Below, piece by piece: positions 43,221-53,188 of a stretch of 64,000 nt of DNA. The notes under the pieces are model-generated. The model made no database searches, was not told the DNA's origin, and saw only the letters and a program-made list of their open reading frames with translations. The first letter of the stretch is position 1, and every line of letters starts with the position of its first letter. Source of the DNA: Spirochaetota bacterium (GTDB taxonomy: Bacteria > Spirochaetota > UBA4802 > UBA5550); the NCBI GenBank assembly GCA_022709405.1, contig JAKLIV010000003.1, positions 1,883 to 65,882 on the forward strand, given 5' to 3'. The translations under genes and the position numbers were made by a program.

Positions 43221-43645
43221 CCAGCAGCGGGCCGTTTTTTTTCTTTTAATGATTTGCCGGTCTTTTCTGAGTAATCAGAGCCCATGCGCAGTCTGTCGAG
43301 CTCCATCCGGAGCAGACCCTGTTCCTGTACCAGGATTTTTATCTGGTCCGACATTTTCGATATAACCATCGAATAATGGATCAGTATTGAAATTACGGCA
43401 AGGATCATGATCAGGAAAAGCGCCGCAGGTGGATATGCGATACCGATGAGAAAAGAGAAAAAAAACAGGACTTGTGACCAGATCGAAATGATCAGGAAAA
43501 CCACTCCGGAAAAAAGCCATAGCAGAGAGTACTCTTCCTTGATTTTTTTTCTATGAATCAGCACCAGAAGAACGGCGATATAAGCAATGCTGAAAAGGAT
43601 TCCGATCCATTGAACCCGATCACTATTGACGGTAAACCCGGTCAT
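43217..43645 (-). CDS. Small 4-TM membrane protein, DUF2304-like
   Basis: 142 aa with hydrophobic helices followed by a 'MVISKMSDQIKILVQEQGLLRMELDRL' coiled tail. Its position directly after a DPM1-like GT2 is typical of DUF2304. Confidence 0.5.
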   Translation of the reverse strand: MTGFTVNSDRVQWIGILFSIAYIAVLLVLIHRKKIKEEYSLLWLFSGVVFLIISIWSQVLFFFSFLIGIAYPPAALFLIMILAVISILIHYSMVISKMSDQIKILVQEQGLLRMELDRLRMGSDYSEKTGKSLKEKKRPAAG

Positions 43646-43649
43646 GCAG

Positions 43650-44360
43650 TCATTCCTCCTCCAGTCTCGGTCTCAGCGCGCACATGAAAATCGCCAGCAG
43701 AACCTTGACCATATAGTACATGGCTCTGAAAGCGGTTATCGACGAATCCCCTTCGGTCCTCTCCCTCATCCGGGTGAACACTTCAACCATCCGGAAACCA
43801 TTCCTGCCCAGCAGAATTATCGCTTCGGGCTCAGGGTAATCGCCGGGATAATTTTTTGCAAGAAAATGGATGGCCCTTTTATTGTACGCCCTGAAGCCCG
43901 ATGTGTTGTCGCAGATCCACTGCCTTACCAGAAGGGAATTGACTATCTTGAAAATCTTGATCCCGATCCTGCGGGCCAGGGTCGAACGATAGCCGTTATG
44001 TTTCTGGCAGAAACGCGATCCGATCACCACCTCTGCCTCATGGCGTTCGAGCGGCAACATCAGTTTCGATATCTCCTCAGCGACATGCTGGCCGTCGCCG
44101 TCGTACTGGAAAGCGATATCGTAGCCGTATTTTGCGGCGTATTTGAAACCTGTCTGGACCGCACCCCCGATACCGAGGTTACAGGGCAAATTGATCACCG
44201 TAGCATGGCCTGATTCAGCAGCGGCCTCGCCGGTTCTGTCGGTTGAAGCGTCATTTACGATTAAAATGTCTATGGATTCATCAAACGTAAAAATTTCATT
44301 TATTACGGAATTAATTACTTTTTCCTCATTGTAAGCAGGAATAATCGCGAGTTTTTTCAT
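43650..44360 (-). CDS. GT2 polyprenyl-phosphate sugar synthase (DPM1/GtrB/ArnC-like)
   Basis: 'KLAIIPAYNEEKVINSVINEI..DILIVNDASTDRT', 'NLGIGGAVQTGFKYA', 'FQYDGDGQH' and 'SGFRAYN'. Confidence 0.8.
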   Translation of the reverse strand: MKKLAIIPAYNEEKVINSVINEIFTFDESIDILIVNDASTDRTGEAAAESGHATVINLPCNLGIGGAVQTGFKYAAKYGYDIAFQYDGDGQHVAEEISKLMLPLERHEAEVVIGSRFCQKHNGYRSTLARRIGIKIFKIVNSLLVRQWICDNTSGFRAYNKRAIHFLAKNYPGDYPEPEAIILLGRNGFRMVEVFTRMRERTEGDSSITAFRAMYYMVKVLLAIFMCALRPRLEEE

Positions 44361-44477
44361 ATTATAATTGACGATTACGATCTTAAATACTATTTGATTT
44401 ATCCTGTACCTGATTATTCTTTTTCTTGATTTCTATCAATTACTTTTTCTTTTTAACGGCTGCTTCTTAATATAAAA
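44361..44477. promoter_or_regulatory. AT-rich divergent intergenic region (promoters for the 44360<- operon and the 44478-> operon expected here)
   Basis: It is the only non-coding gap between two divergently oriented multi-gene blocks. No consensus boxes can be asserted. Confidence 0.35.
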
Positions 44478-45329
44478 ATGGCAAAACAACCAATCATTCC
44501 TGACCCTGTTGTTTCGATAATCATGCCCTGCTACAATGCGGAGGCGTTCTTACATCAGGCAATCAACAGCATGCTGGGCCAGACATTTCGATCCTTTGAA
44601 TTGATTATCGTCGATGACTGCTCGACTGACTCATCGGCCCGCATAATTACACAATTATCCGCAAAGGACTCCAGAATCATATATCATAAAAACGAAACCA
44701 ACCGGGGCGTGGCGGAATCCCTGAACACCGGCATCAGAATGGCAAAGGGCGAGTTTATCGCGCGGATGGATGCGGATGATGTCTCGTTGCCCGAGCGGCT
44801 GGAACTGCAGGTCGAGCACATGAAAAGAAATCCGTCATGCGTGGCCTGCGGTACTGACATCATAATAATCGATGAAAAAGGCGATCGCATCGGCTCCAGG
44901 GAATATTATTACACCGATGAAAACATAAAAAGAAATATCCATCGTGCAAGCTGCTTTGCCCACCCGACAGTAATGTTGAGAAGAGAAACACTCATCGAAA
45001 ACAATTTGTTTTACTCAACGAGACTTCGATGGGTCGAAGATTACGATTTGTGGTTCAGGCTTTCAGGTTATGGAGAATTTTCTAACCTGAAAAAATATCT
45101 TTTCAATTATCGTTTCTCTTCATCATCGGTAAAGAATACCCACTGCAAGGAGTCTTTGCGAAACACGATAAGGCTCAAACTCATGAATATGTCCCACGCT
45201 ACGTTCTTCTCATGCTTTATATTATGCGCTGAGATTGTTCTGTTGTGCCTTCCGAAACGGCTAATTCTATTCCTCTTTGAATCAAGGTACAGGAACAAAA
45301 AATCCGGAACGGCATCGCTACAGGAATAG
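44478..45329 (+). CDS. Glycosyltransferase family 2
   Basis: 'VSIIMPCYNAEAFLHQAINSMLGQTFRSFELIIVDDCSTDSS', 'NRGVAESLNTG' and 'ARMDADDV'. Confidence 0.85.
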   Translation: MAKQPIIPDPVVSIIMPCYNAEAFLHQAINSMLGQTFRSFELIIVDDCSTDSSARIITQLSAKDSRIIYHKNETNRGVAESLNTGIRMAKGEFIARMDADDVSLPERLELQVEHMKRNPSCVACGTDIIIIDEKGDRIGSREYYYTDENIKRNIHRASCFAHPTVMLRRETLIENNLFYSTRLRWVEDYDLWFRLSGYGEFSNLKKYLFNYRFSSSSVKNTHCKESLRNTIRLKLMNMSHATFFSCFILCAEIVLLCLPKRLILFLFESRYRNKKSGTASLQE

Positions 45330-45347
45330 AATAAAATTCGGTATTCC

Positions 45348-46331
45348 ATGAAGATATCAATAGCACTTGCATCATACAATGGAGAAAATTTTATCCGGGA
45401 ACAGCTTGACAGTTTCTGCTCTCAGACACGGCTTCCTGATGAACTGGTCATCTCGGACGATTCGTCAATAGATAGAACAATTGCAATCATCAATGAATTC
45501 AGTCGGATATCTCCGTTTCCGGTAAAAATAATCCAGAATGAAAAACGTCTTGGAATCACAAAAAATTTTGAAAACGCGATCAGGCCATGCACCGGGGATA
45601 TCATCTTTCTATCTGACCAGGATGATGTCTGGCTTCCCGAAAAGATTGCAGTCCTTGCTGATGTCCTTGAAAGAAATCCTGACACCGGACTCGTTCACTG
45701 TAATGCCGATGTTGTTACCGAAGATCTCGTATCAACCGGGAACTCATTATGGAAATCATTCTGGTTCAGCGAAAGAGAACAAGAAAAAGTAAGGAATTCT
45801 AAAGCATTCGATGTCTATCTTCGGCATTCGGTTGCCGCAGGGATGACCATGGCTTTTAAATCCGAACTGTTAAAAGCCATTCTGCCCATACCCGATATTT
45901 TCAGCGTTCATGACGTATGGGTGGCTCTTGTTATTGCAGCGGTTTCACAAGTGCGGATAATCGACAGGATCCTCGTGAAATACAGAGTCCATGGCGTAAA
46001 CCAGACTGTGGGCATACACAAGCTTTCCCTGACTGAGCAGTTTATGATTGCGCGCAAACAGGCGAGAGATGAAACATTTCCCAATCTTGTCGCTCTGTAT
46101 GAAAATCTTGAAAAACGTCTTTATCTTCTCCGGAATGAATATGGTTTTACTATTACGGATTATGCAATGAATAATACGAGCAAACGGTACAATCACGCCC
46201 GCATGAGAGTGAATCTTTCACCAAACAGATTTTTCAGGCCGTTTCAGATTCTTCCTGGGATTGCAGGCGGAGATTACTTCAGATTCTCCTATGGGATTAA
46301 GAGTATCGCTCAGGATTTGATTTTACGGTGA
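45348..46331 (+). CDS. Glycosyltransferase family 2 (WbbL/rhamnosyltransferase-like)
   Basis: 'KISIALASYNGENFIREQLDSFCSQTRLPDELVISDDSSIDRT' and 'IFLSDQDDVWLPEKI'. Confidence 0.8.
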   Translation: MKISIALASYNGENFIREQLDSFCSQTRLPDELVISDDSSIDRTIAIINEFSRISPFPVKIIQNEKRLGITKNFENAIRPCTGDIIFLSDQDDVWLPEKIAVLADVLERNPDTGLVHCNADVVTEDLVSTGNSLWKSFWFSEREQEKVRNSKAFDVYLRHSVAAGMTMAFKSELLKAILPIPDIFSVHDVWVALVIAAVSQVRIIDRILVKYRVHGVNQTVGIHKLSLTEQFMIARKQARDETFPNLVALYENLEKRLYLLRNEYGFTITDYAMNNTSKRYNHARMRVNLSPNRFFRPFQILPGIAGGDYFRFSYGIKSIAQDLILR

Positions 46332-46343
46332 TAATAATCAGGT

Positions 46344-47276
46344 ATGCCAAAAATGGAACGCTGGCGCATAAGAAACGGTATACTGTCACTGCTGTCAAAA
46401 ATCCCGGCAGGCGAAAATCTTTACCAACTCATGCAGAAATATTTCGGACAGTTTAATAACGAAGATTTTGTCAGGAATAAAATTCATGAAATAAACGACA
46501 TCATCCTTTTCGCCTCTAATAAAGGCATTGATATTAAAGGCTTAACGATCATTGAACTCGGGACGGGCTGGGTCCCCCTGGCCCCTGTTCTCCTTTCTCT
46601 TTACGGTGCGCAAAGTGTCACTTCAATTGACCTTAATCATTACTATATCCCTTCCCTCCTTAAAAAAGCAACAGCCGCTATTATAAATACAATTCAAAAT
46701 AATGAAAACTCGTTTCCCATCCGCATGGATCAAAACAAAATTGCATCATTAAAAAAATATCGGCATAAACCTGACAAGATCCTTAAGGCTTTGGCCATCA
46801 CTCTGCTTTCCCCTGTAGATGCCCGGGACACCTGTTTTAATGAAAATTCATTTGACCTGTACTTTTCCATGGACACGCTGGAACACATCTCCCCTGACGA
46901 CTTGGAACTCATTTTTAAAGAGTCCCGTCGTATTGTCGGGCCGGGCGGGTATTTTCTGCATTCAATTGACCTGGCAGATCATTTCAGCTATGACGACAGC
47001 AATCTATCATCAATATATTTTTTGTGTCATAGCGATAAAGAATGGGCGAGAATCTGCAACAGATATACTTATCATAACCGGCTTAGAAAAAACGAATATA
47101 AGGCTCTAATACAAAGATCACGTTTCAAGATTATCAGTAAAATCGAAGAGATTGACCAGAGGGCGCTTAATGAGTTGAAAGACGGACTGCAATTGCATGA
47201 TGATTATAGCGGAGAAAAACATGATGAGTTGTGTGTCAATAGACTCACTTATTTGATGACATCGGTCATATCTTAA
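46344..47276 (+). CDS. Class I SAM-dependent methyltransferase
   Basis: 'IIELGTGWVPLAPVLLSLYGAQSVTSIDLN' and 'FDLYFSMDTLEHISPDDLELIFKESRRIVGPGGYFLHSID'. Confidence 0.7.
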   Translation: MPKMERWRIRNGILSLLSKIPAGENLYQLMQKYFGQFNNEDFVRNKIHEINDIILFASNKGIDIKGLTIIELGTGWVPLAPVLLSLYGAQSVTSIDLNHYYIPSLLKKATAAIINTIQNNENSFPIRMDQNKIASLKKYRHKPDKILKALAITLLSPVDARDTCFNENSFDLYFSMDTLEHISPDDLELIFKESRRIVGPGGYFLHSIDLADHFSYDDSNLSSIYFLCHSDKEWARICNRYTYHNRLRKNEYKALIQRSRFKIISKIEEIDQRALNELKDGLQLHDDYSGEKHDELCVNRLTYLMTSVIS

Positions 47277-47405
47277 AACATGATGACTTGATTAAATGAT
47301 ATTATTGCAATTATTCTATGACATCATAATCCTGATTATCAATAATACTTCATCCTTTGCGGTTGAATGCTTTTACGAGAAACGAAATATTGTTAAGTAC
47401 TGATA

Positions 47406-49496
47406 ATGATACAAAAAGCAAAAAAAATACTTGAAACCGATTATATTGCCTTCATTTTGATTATCTTCACTCTAACCGGATTTTCCATAGCTCAACCTTT
47501 ATTTGATCTTCTGTCAAAAAACGAAGTGTATTTTATCGCAAACGGCTTTTTGACTCATCAAATAATCATTCTTGTTATAGCGCTTAGTATTGTTATACCA
47601 TTAGCTCCGTCCTTATTGATTATATTTGCCTACCGCATTAATAAAAAAGCGGGCTCCGCATTTTTCACAGTGATGTGTTTTTCTCTTTTTGTTCTCATTA
47701 TTCTGCCCATTATAAATAAATTTTCCCGATCAGGATATCTGGAGATCGCTTTATCATGCATCATCAGTCTTTTTCCTGCATTTCTTCTTTATAACAAAAA
47801 CTCTTTTCTTAGAAAATTCCTGATATGGCTATCTCCTTCAATAATCATTTTCCCGATATTTTTTCTTTTTTTCTCCCCGGTAAATAAAATCATCATGCCA
47901 CAAAATTCATCTCCACAACTGAAGATAAAACACAATGATATTATCTCAAGTACCTCTTATCCGGATATTATATTCATCCTGTTTGACGAGATTTCTCTGT
48001 CTTACATGGTTGACGAAAGGAACAATATCGATAAAGAAAAATTTCCTCATTTCCATGAACTGTCAAAAACATCATACTGGATGAAAAATGCCAGTTCGGT
48101 GGCAAACCAAACCCACCAGGTAGTTCCCCCAATATTATCAGGCCGATATTATGAAAAAGACAAATACCCGGATTTAAAAAATTATCCAGTAAATCTTTTT
48201 TCATTATTCAATGGTACCCACAGATTAAATGTAACCGAAGTATGCTCGTCTCTCAGCCCAATATCGAATAGAAAGCTCGACATCACTACTCTTGTATACG
48301 ATATCTTAATAATTTACCTACACACAATTACTCCTGAAAACCTTTCGGACAATTTGCCATCAATCACCGATAATTGGAATAATTTTAGAAAAAATCCCAA
48401 TAAGAAGAAGCCAAATAATTCACCATCAAAAAAAATGGAAAAATTTTCTCAGATAGTAAAAAGCATTTTTAATCGTGAAATCATTTTACACGATTTCATT
48501 GAGTCCTTAAAAAAAGAGGAAAAACCCGTCCTGCATTTTCTTCATCTTCTGATACCCCACAAGCCGTTAGTCTATCTGCCATCGGGGAAACGATATGATT
48601 TAGGATTGGGAGAACAAGAAATCATTCTTACAAAGAATCCGGAGCCGATGGAAAATATTTCCCAGCTCCAGCGATATCTGTTGCAACTTCAATATGCAGA
48701 CACCATTCTCGGTAAAATCATTGAAAGAATAAAACATCAGAATCTCTTTTCAAACAGCATCATAATTATCACATCTGATCATGGCACATCATTTTCATCC
48801 GGGAAGAATACCAGATATCTTGAAAATGACAACTATGCGGAAGTAATGTCAGTTCCTCTTTTTATTAAACTTCCACATCAGAACAATGGTACGGTTATCA
48901 ATGCAAATGTCGAATCGGTCGATATATTACCGAGTATACTTGACGCGATAGGCATAGATCCCCCTTCAACCATTGAAGGCCGTTCTTTTTTTGATGCTGG
49001 ATATCGTTCAAAAAAAATCTTGCGTCTCCAGAATAAAAAAGATTGTCTGAATATCAAAGCAACGGATTTCAACAGGAAAAAAATCGAATTTGTTCCCAAG
49101 TTTAGATCATATTTTGACAGCGGTTACGACGGCTTTTTCCGGATGGTAGCAAGCAAGACAATTATCAATAAGAACATTAATGGCATTGTTGAAGGCCAAT
49201 CAAATGAATATTCTTTAATTCTTAAAAACACTCTCAACTATAATAAAGTTGAGCTGAAATCACCTTTTAGGCCGTCATTCATTGCAGGCAAGATTGAAAG
49301 TAAAACAAATAATATCCGGAACATTGAACTCGCGGTTGCAATTAACGGCATAATCGGCGCGACTACATCGACTACAAAACAAGGGAACTTCACTTTTATG
49401 ATCAATGATGTGTTTTTTTGCGAAGGTTCCAACGAAATCAATTTTTACATCATGAATAATAAGAATCGAGAAAAAAGATTATTATTATTGCAATAA
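47406..49496 (+). CDS. Membrane-anchored alkaline-phosphatase-superfamily transferase (LtaS/EptA-like), AT-rich paralogue-by-function of 33526..35205
   Basis: N-terminal TM bundle, then 'PDIIFILFDEISLSY', 'HFLHLLIPHKPLVYLPSGKRYD' and 'IIIITSDHGTSF'. Confidence 0.65.
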   Translation: MIQKAKKILETDYIAFILIIFTLTGFSIAQPLFDLLSKNEVYFIANGFLTHQIIILVIALSIVIPLAPSLLIIFAYRINKKAGSAFFTVMCFSLFVLIILPIINKFSRSGYLEIALSCIISLFPAFLLYNKNSFLRKFLIWLSPSIIIFPIFFLFFSPVNKIIMPQNSSPQLKIKHNDIISSTSYPDIIFILFDEISLSYMVDERNNIDKEKFPHFHELSKTSYWMKNASSVANQTHQVVPPILSGRYYEKDKYPDLKNYPVNLFSLFNGTHRLNVTEVCSSLSPISNRKLDITTLVYDILIIYLHTITPENLSDNLPSITDNWNNFRKNPNKKKPNNSPSKKMEKFSQIVKSIFNREIILHDFIESLKKEEKPVLHFLHLLIPHKPLVYLPSGKRYDLGLGEQEIILTKNPEPMENISQLQRYLLQLQYADTILGKIIERIKHQNLFSNSIIIITSDHGTSFSSGKNTRYLENDNYAEVMSVPLFIKLPHQNNGTVINANVESVDILPSILDAIGIDPPSTIEGRSFFDAGYRSKKILRLQNKKDCLNIKATDFNRKKIEFVPKFRSYFDSGYDGFFRMVASKTIINKNINGIVEGQSNEYSLILKNTLNYNKVELKSPFRPSFIAGKIESKTNNIRNIELAVAINGIIGATTSTTKQGNFTFMINDVFFCEGSNEINFYIMNNKNREKRLLLLQ

Positions 49497-49528
49497 AACA
49501 ATAATGCAGACGCCGGTTAGATGACAGC

Positions 49529-50488
49529 TTATTTATTATTAATTAAAAATAAGTCGGTAAAGTATGAAGTATTTTTAAGCCATTTAACAATTTTATCAAC
49601 ATCTTCTATTTCATGAATTTTTTTATTATGTTTTTGTCTATATTCATTCATATCAATATAATGTGTATAATTTGCTTTTAATAGATTAACAAATTTTTCA
49701 AGAGAATTTGTTCTTAATAACCCGTAAGGCCAGAATTCAACAATGATGGCCACATCCTTCCTGATTAAACTTTTTGCACCATCTAAAATAAAGTACTCGT
49801 ATCCCTGTGTATCCACCCATAAAAACCTAATATCTTTTGGATTAATATTATTATCAATAATATAACCATCAAGGGTTATCATCCTGACTTGTTCTGTCTC
49901 ACGCTCATCCTCATTGAATAGATTTCTTATTTTAAAAATATTGTTGCTTCTAACCCTATGGTCCCCTGTGTTATCTTCAGACAATTCTAGAATTGCGGTT
50001 CCATATTTGTTTGATATTGCTGCCTTTACTGGAATAATTTTTTCATCCAGATAATTTAAAGCAATATTACTTTTTAGAAGAGAATAATTTTCTCTGGAAG
50101 GTTCAAATGCAATAACCTTATCAATTTCTTTTCTTGATGCCACAGGTATACTGGTGGTGCCAACGTGAGCTCCAACATCCAAAAAGATTCCCTTTTCAAT
50201 ATTGTGATACTTTTTTGCTAGAGTGAAAAACGCATTAATATTATCTCCCTGAAAATTGCCTTTTTGATACATCTCAGGAAGTACAGCAGTGTCATGGATT
50301 GACATAACCCATTTATATCCATTTTTTTTAAAAGCAAAAATGGATGAAAATTTTTTTACATATTCGATTTCATGAATTTTCTTATTCTGTTCCCCGCTAT
50401 TATCTATTTTCTCTTCTGTTGATTCATTACAATAAAACAATGATATAATAACCGTTGCGGAAAAAAATATTATACTTTTCCTTAACAT
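49529..50488 (-). CDS. FkbM-family methyltransferase with N-terminal hydrophobic anchor
   Basis: 'FLDVGAHVGTTSIPVA..VIAFEPSRENYSLLKSNI' and 'FLWVDTQGYEYFILDGA'. The N-terminus is 'MLRKSIIFFSATVIISLFYC'. Confidence 0.75.
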   Translation of the reverse strand: MLRKSIIFFSATVIISLFYCNESTEEKIDNSGEQNKKIHEIEYVKKFSSIFAFKKNGYKWVMSIHDTAVLPEMYQKGNFQGDNINAFFTLAKKYHNIEKGIFLDVGAHVGTTSIPVASRKEIDKVIAFEPSRENYSLLKSNIALNYLDEKIIPVKAAISNKYGTAILELSEDNTGDHRVRSNNIFKIRNLFNEDERETEQVRMITLDGYIIDNNINPKDIRFLWVDTQGYEYFILDGAKSLIRKDVAIIVEFWPYGLLRTNSLEKFVNLLKANYTHYIDMNEYRQKHNKKIHEIEDVDKIVKWLKNTSYFTDLFLINNK

Positions 50489-50733
50489 GGAAACCTCTTC
50501 GGATTTAGATTATTAATTATACTATTTATTTAATGCCAATAAAATAGAACCCACATTATCGTTGAACACATGTTAATGTCAATCTCAAATTATCTGCATC
50601 ATTATGACGCATATTACAAACTGGCCAATAATCTATTATCTAATATTTTATAATTTATATTGCTTGAAAAAAATGATTCTGTCTATACTCATGATGTATC
50701 ATAAGTATTTGTGAATCCTGAAATTATACAACA
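50489..50733. promoter_or_regulatory. AT-rich divergent intergenic region (promoters expected)
   Basis: A 245-bp gap between divergent genes 49529..50488 (-) and 50734..51333 (+). Confidence 0.3.
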
Positions 50734-51333
50734 ATGCTATTGACAACAAGAGAATTCTTAAAAATCATCACAAAAAGCCTTCCTATCTCGGATCCTATTT
50801 ACGAATTCGGATCTTTCCTCGTTCCCGGTCAGGAAAAAGAAGCAAACCTGCGTCCCTTTTTTCCAAAGAAGAAGTATTATGGATGCGATATGAGAGAGGG
50901 GAATGGCGTCGATCTCGTGCTAAATCTTCATAACATCGACTTGCCTTCAAATATTGCTGGATCAGTTTTATCATTTGACACGTTAGAACACGTTGAATAC
51001 CCAAGAAAGGCCGTTGAAGAGATGCATCGTATACTCCGCCCTGGGGGAATAATCGTGATCTCTTCGGTTATGAATTTCCCGATACACGAGTATCCATATG
51101 ATTACTGGCGTTTCACCCCCCAGGGATTAAGTTCGCTGTTGAGCATATTTGACAAATCAATTGTCACCTGTACCGGTGAAGACAACTTCCCTATATCAAT
51201 TTTAGGTGTCGCATTCAAAGGAGCTGTTCCCGATCTAAAAAAATTCGAAGTGAAATTGAATAAGTGGAGAGAAAAAAATCTTAAAATTCACAGATACCTG
51301 GTGAAGAATAATATTAAAATTGACAAAATATAA
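50734..51333 (+). CDS. Class I SAM-dependent methyltransferase (Methyltransf_11-like)
   Basis: 'GCDMREGNGVDLV' and 'SVLSFDTLEHVEYPRKAVEEMHRILRPGGIIVISS'. Confidence 0.7.
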   Translation: MLLTTREFLKIITKSLPISDPIYEFGSFLVPGQEKEANLRPFFPKKKYYGCDMREGNGVDLVLNLHNIDLPSNIAGSVLSFDTLEHVEYPRKAVEEMHRILRPGGIIVISSVMNFPIHEYPYDYWRFTPQGLSSLLSIFDKSIVTCTGEDNFPISILGVAFKGAVPDLKKFEVKLNKWREKNLKIHRYLVKNNIKIDKI

Positions 51334-51430
51334 CCTTAAATAATTATTCAAAAACACTTTCTGTCAAATAAATTTAATCTAACTGTCGAATACTTAAGTA
51401 CAAAAAGCAAAATCATATTTAGAGGGAAAA

Positions 51431-52261
51431 ATGAAAAAAATAGTGATATTCCTCGGGTTCTGTATCATTCTATTCGTCGCTTTCGTTTACCTGAACCGTA
51501 CAAATGAAACTATCGTATATTACTATAATAAATTCCGCAATGTTCACGACATCAGAGAAAGATTGCTATCCGAATTACGTCCCGTAACTCTCGACAATTG
51601 CACGCTCAAGCGCTACGGTGCCCCCGATGATGGAGGCTATCTCATGTGTGCAAATTTAATGTCAGACTCAAAATCAGCATACTCCTACGGAATAGACGGG
51701 AGAGATGAATGGGGTTGCGATGTAGCGACCTTTCGCAGTATTCCGCTACATCAGTATGACTGTTTCAATCTCACACGTACTGTCTGTAAAAACGCCGAAC
51801 TCCACTTCAACGAAGAATGCATCGGCGGCACGGATGAAATCATCGAAGGGAGAATTTTTAATACTCTGACCACGCAGATAAATAAAAACAATGACCAAAA
51901 CAAGCAACTTGTCGTAAAAATGGATATTGAAGGCGCTGAATGGGATTCAATACTTGCCACATCAAACGAAATTCTTAATAACATCAGCCAATTTGTGATC
52001 GAATTCCACTGGGCGAACAGCGAAAAGCATATACGTACGATCAGAAAGCTCAAAGAAACATTCTACATCGCCCATGTACATTTCAACAACAACGGCTGCA
52101 CTCGCCATGCATATCCTATGCCTTCCGAAGTTTATGAAGTTTTGTTCGTCAACAAGAAGATTGGAGTAATTGACCCTAATGCCCCGACTCCAAAATTTCC
52201 CAATTCTCTCGACAGCCCGAATAATAAAAATTTGCCTGACTGCCAGTACAATTGGGAATAA
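51431..52261 (+). CDS. FkbM-like methyltransferase with N-terminal TM anchor
   Basis: N-terminus 'MKKIVIFLGFCIILFVAFVYL' and 'LVVKMDIEGAEWDSILA..FVIEFH'. Confidence 0.55.
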   Translation: MKKIVIFLGFCIILFVAFVYLNRTNETIVYYYNKFRNVHDIRERLLSELRPVTLDNCTLKRYGAPDDGGYLMCANLMSDSKSAYSYGIDGRDEWGCDVATFRSIPLHQYDCFNLTRTVCKNAELHFNEECIGGTDEIIEGRIFNTLTTQINKNNDQNKQLVVKMDIEGAEWDSILATSNEILNNISQFVIEFHWANSEKHIRTIRKLKETFYIAHVHFNNNGCTRHAYPMPSEVYEVLFVNKKIGVIDPNAPTPKFPNSLDSPNNKNLPDCQYNWE

Positions 52262-52269
52262 AACACTGT

Positions 52270-53136
52270 TTAAAAAATGTCGGTTTTTTTTATTTTTTCG
52301 GGTATTTTGACAATCTTTATTTTTCTTAATAAAGATACATACTTGGGCCAATGATAGAAATATTCATTGAATTTTTCTGGATCAGTAATTCTGTTCTGCC
52401 AACCTCTGTTTGCATTCAACTCTTCCTGACTCCATTCCAGTTTCGATCGTTCAAGCGATTTGTTCCAGCATAGGTCATAGTCAAGTTTGTGCAGATGCAC
52501 CAAAAGCAATTTTTTGTCATGATTCTTTATTATCTGTTTTACTCTGTGAAAACCGATGGTCCAGCTGAGCATTTGACTACTGATGAGAGTTTTGTCATAA
52601 AAGGGTGTTCTGTACCAGTAATCTCGCTGGGATAAAACTGATTTTTCTGATTCATACGGTTTTTCTTTCTCTTTCATATTAATCAACTCATATCCAGTAC
52701 AGCGGACGTATTTCTTTTTGAGTTTCATTATATACTCGTCAAGTCCGCTATAATAATCGGGATCAGGCATAATAATCTCGTCAACATCAGTGAAGATCAC
52801 ATATTCGTAATACTTGAGCAGCTTTTCCTGCATTGCGTTTGCTACAAAGCGAAACCAGAGATGATCAAAACTGAAAGGATATTCAAGCCTTATTCTTCTG
52901 AAAGAATATTTCGCAGCGCAGCGGTCGACACTCCCATCTTCAGATCTATGATCCAGAACAAAAAGATCATCCGCATGAAAGAACTTTGTGTAATATTTCA
53001 ACCAGATCGGCAAAAAAACATTCTCGTTCTGAACCATGACAAAAAGAGCGCATTTTCTTTTCACCCCCTTGGATCCCATATCAATTCCATCAATTACTTT
53101 CATTGTTTCCAGATAATGTTCGTTCATCATTGGCAT
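52270..53136 (-). CDS. GT-A glycosyltransferase (Glyco_tranf_2_4/GT92-like)
   Basis: 'CALFVMVQNENVFLPIWLKYYTKFFHADDLFVLDHRSEDGS' and 'FTDVDEII'. Confidence 0.55.
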   Translation of the reverse strand: MPMMNEHYLETMKVIDGIDMGSKGVKRKCALFVMVQNENVFLPIWLKYYTKFFHADDLFVLDHRSEDGSVDRCAAKYSFRRIRLEYPFSFDHLWFRFVANAMQEKLLKYYEYVIFTDVDEIIMPDPDYYSGLDEYIMKLKKKYVRCTGYELINMKEKEKPYESEKSVLSQRDYWYRTPFYDKTLISSQMLSWTIGFHRVKQIIKNHDKKLLLVHLHKLDYDLCWNKSLERSKLEWSQEELNANRGWQNRITDPEKFNEYFYHWPKYVSLLRKIKIVKIPEKIKKTDIF

Positions 53137-53188
53137 CCTTTGTATAATATTTTTTCCTTATCCTGAAATTTACTGTTGCATAGAATGA

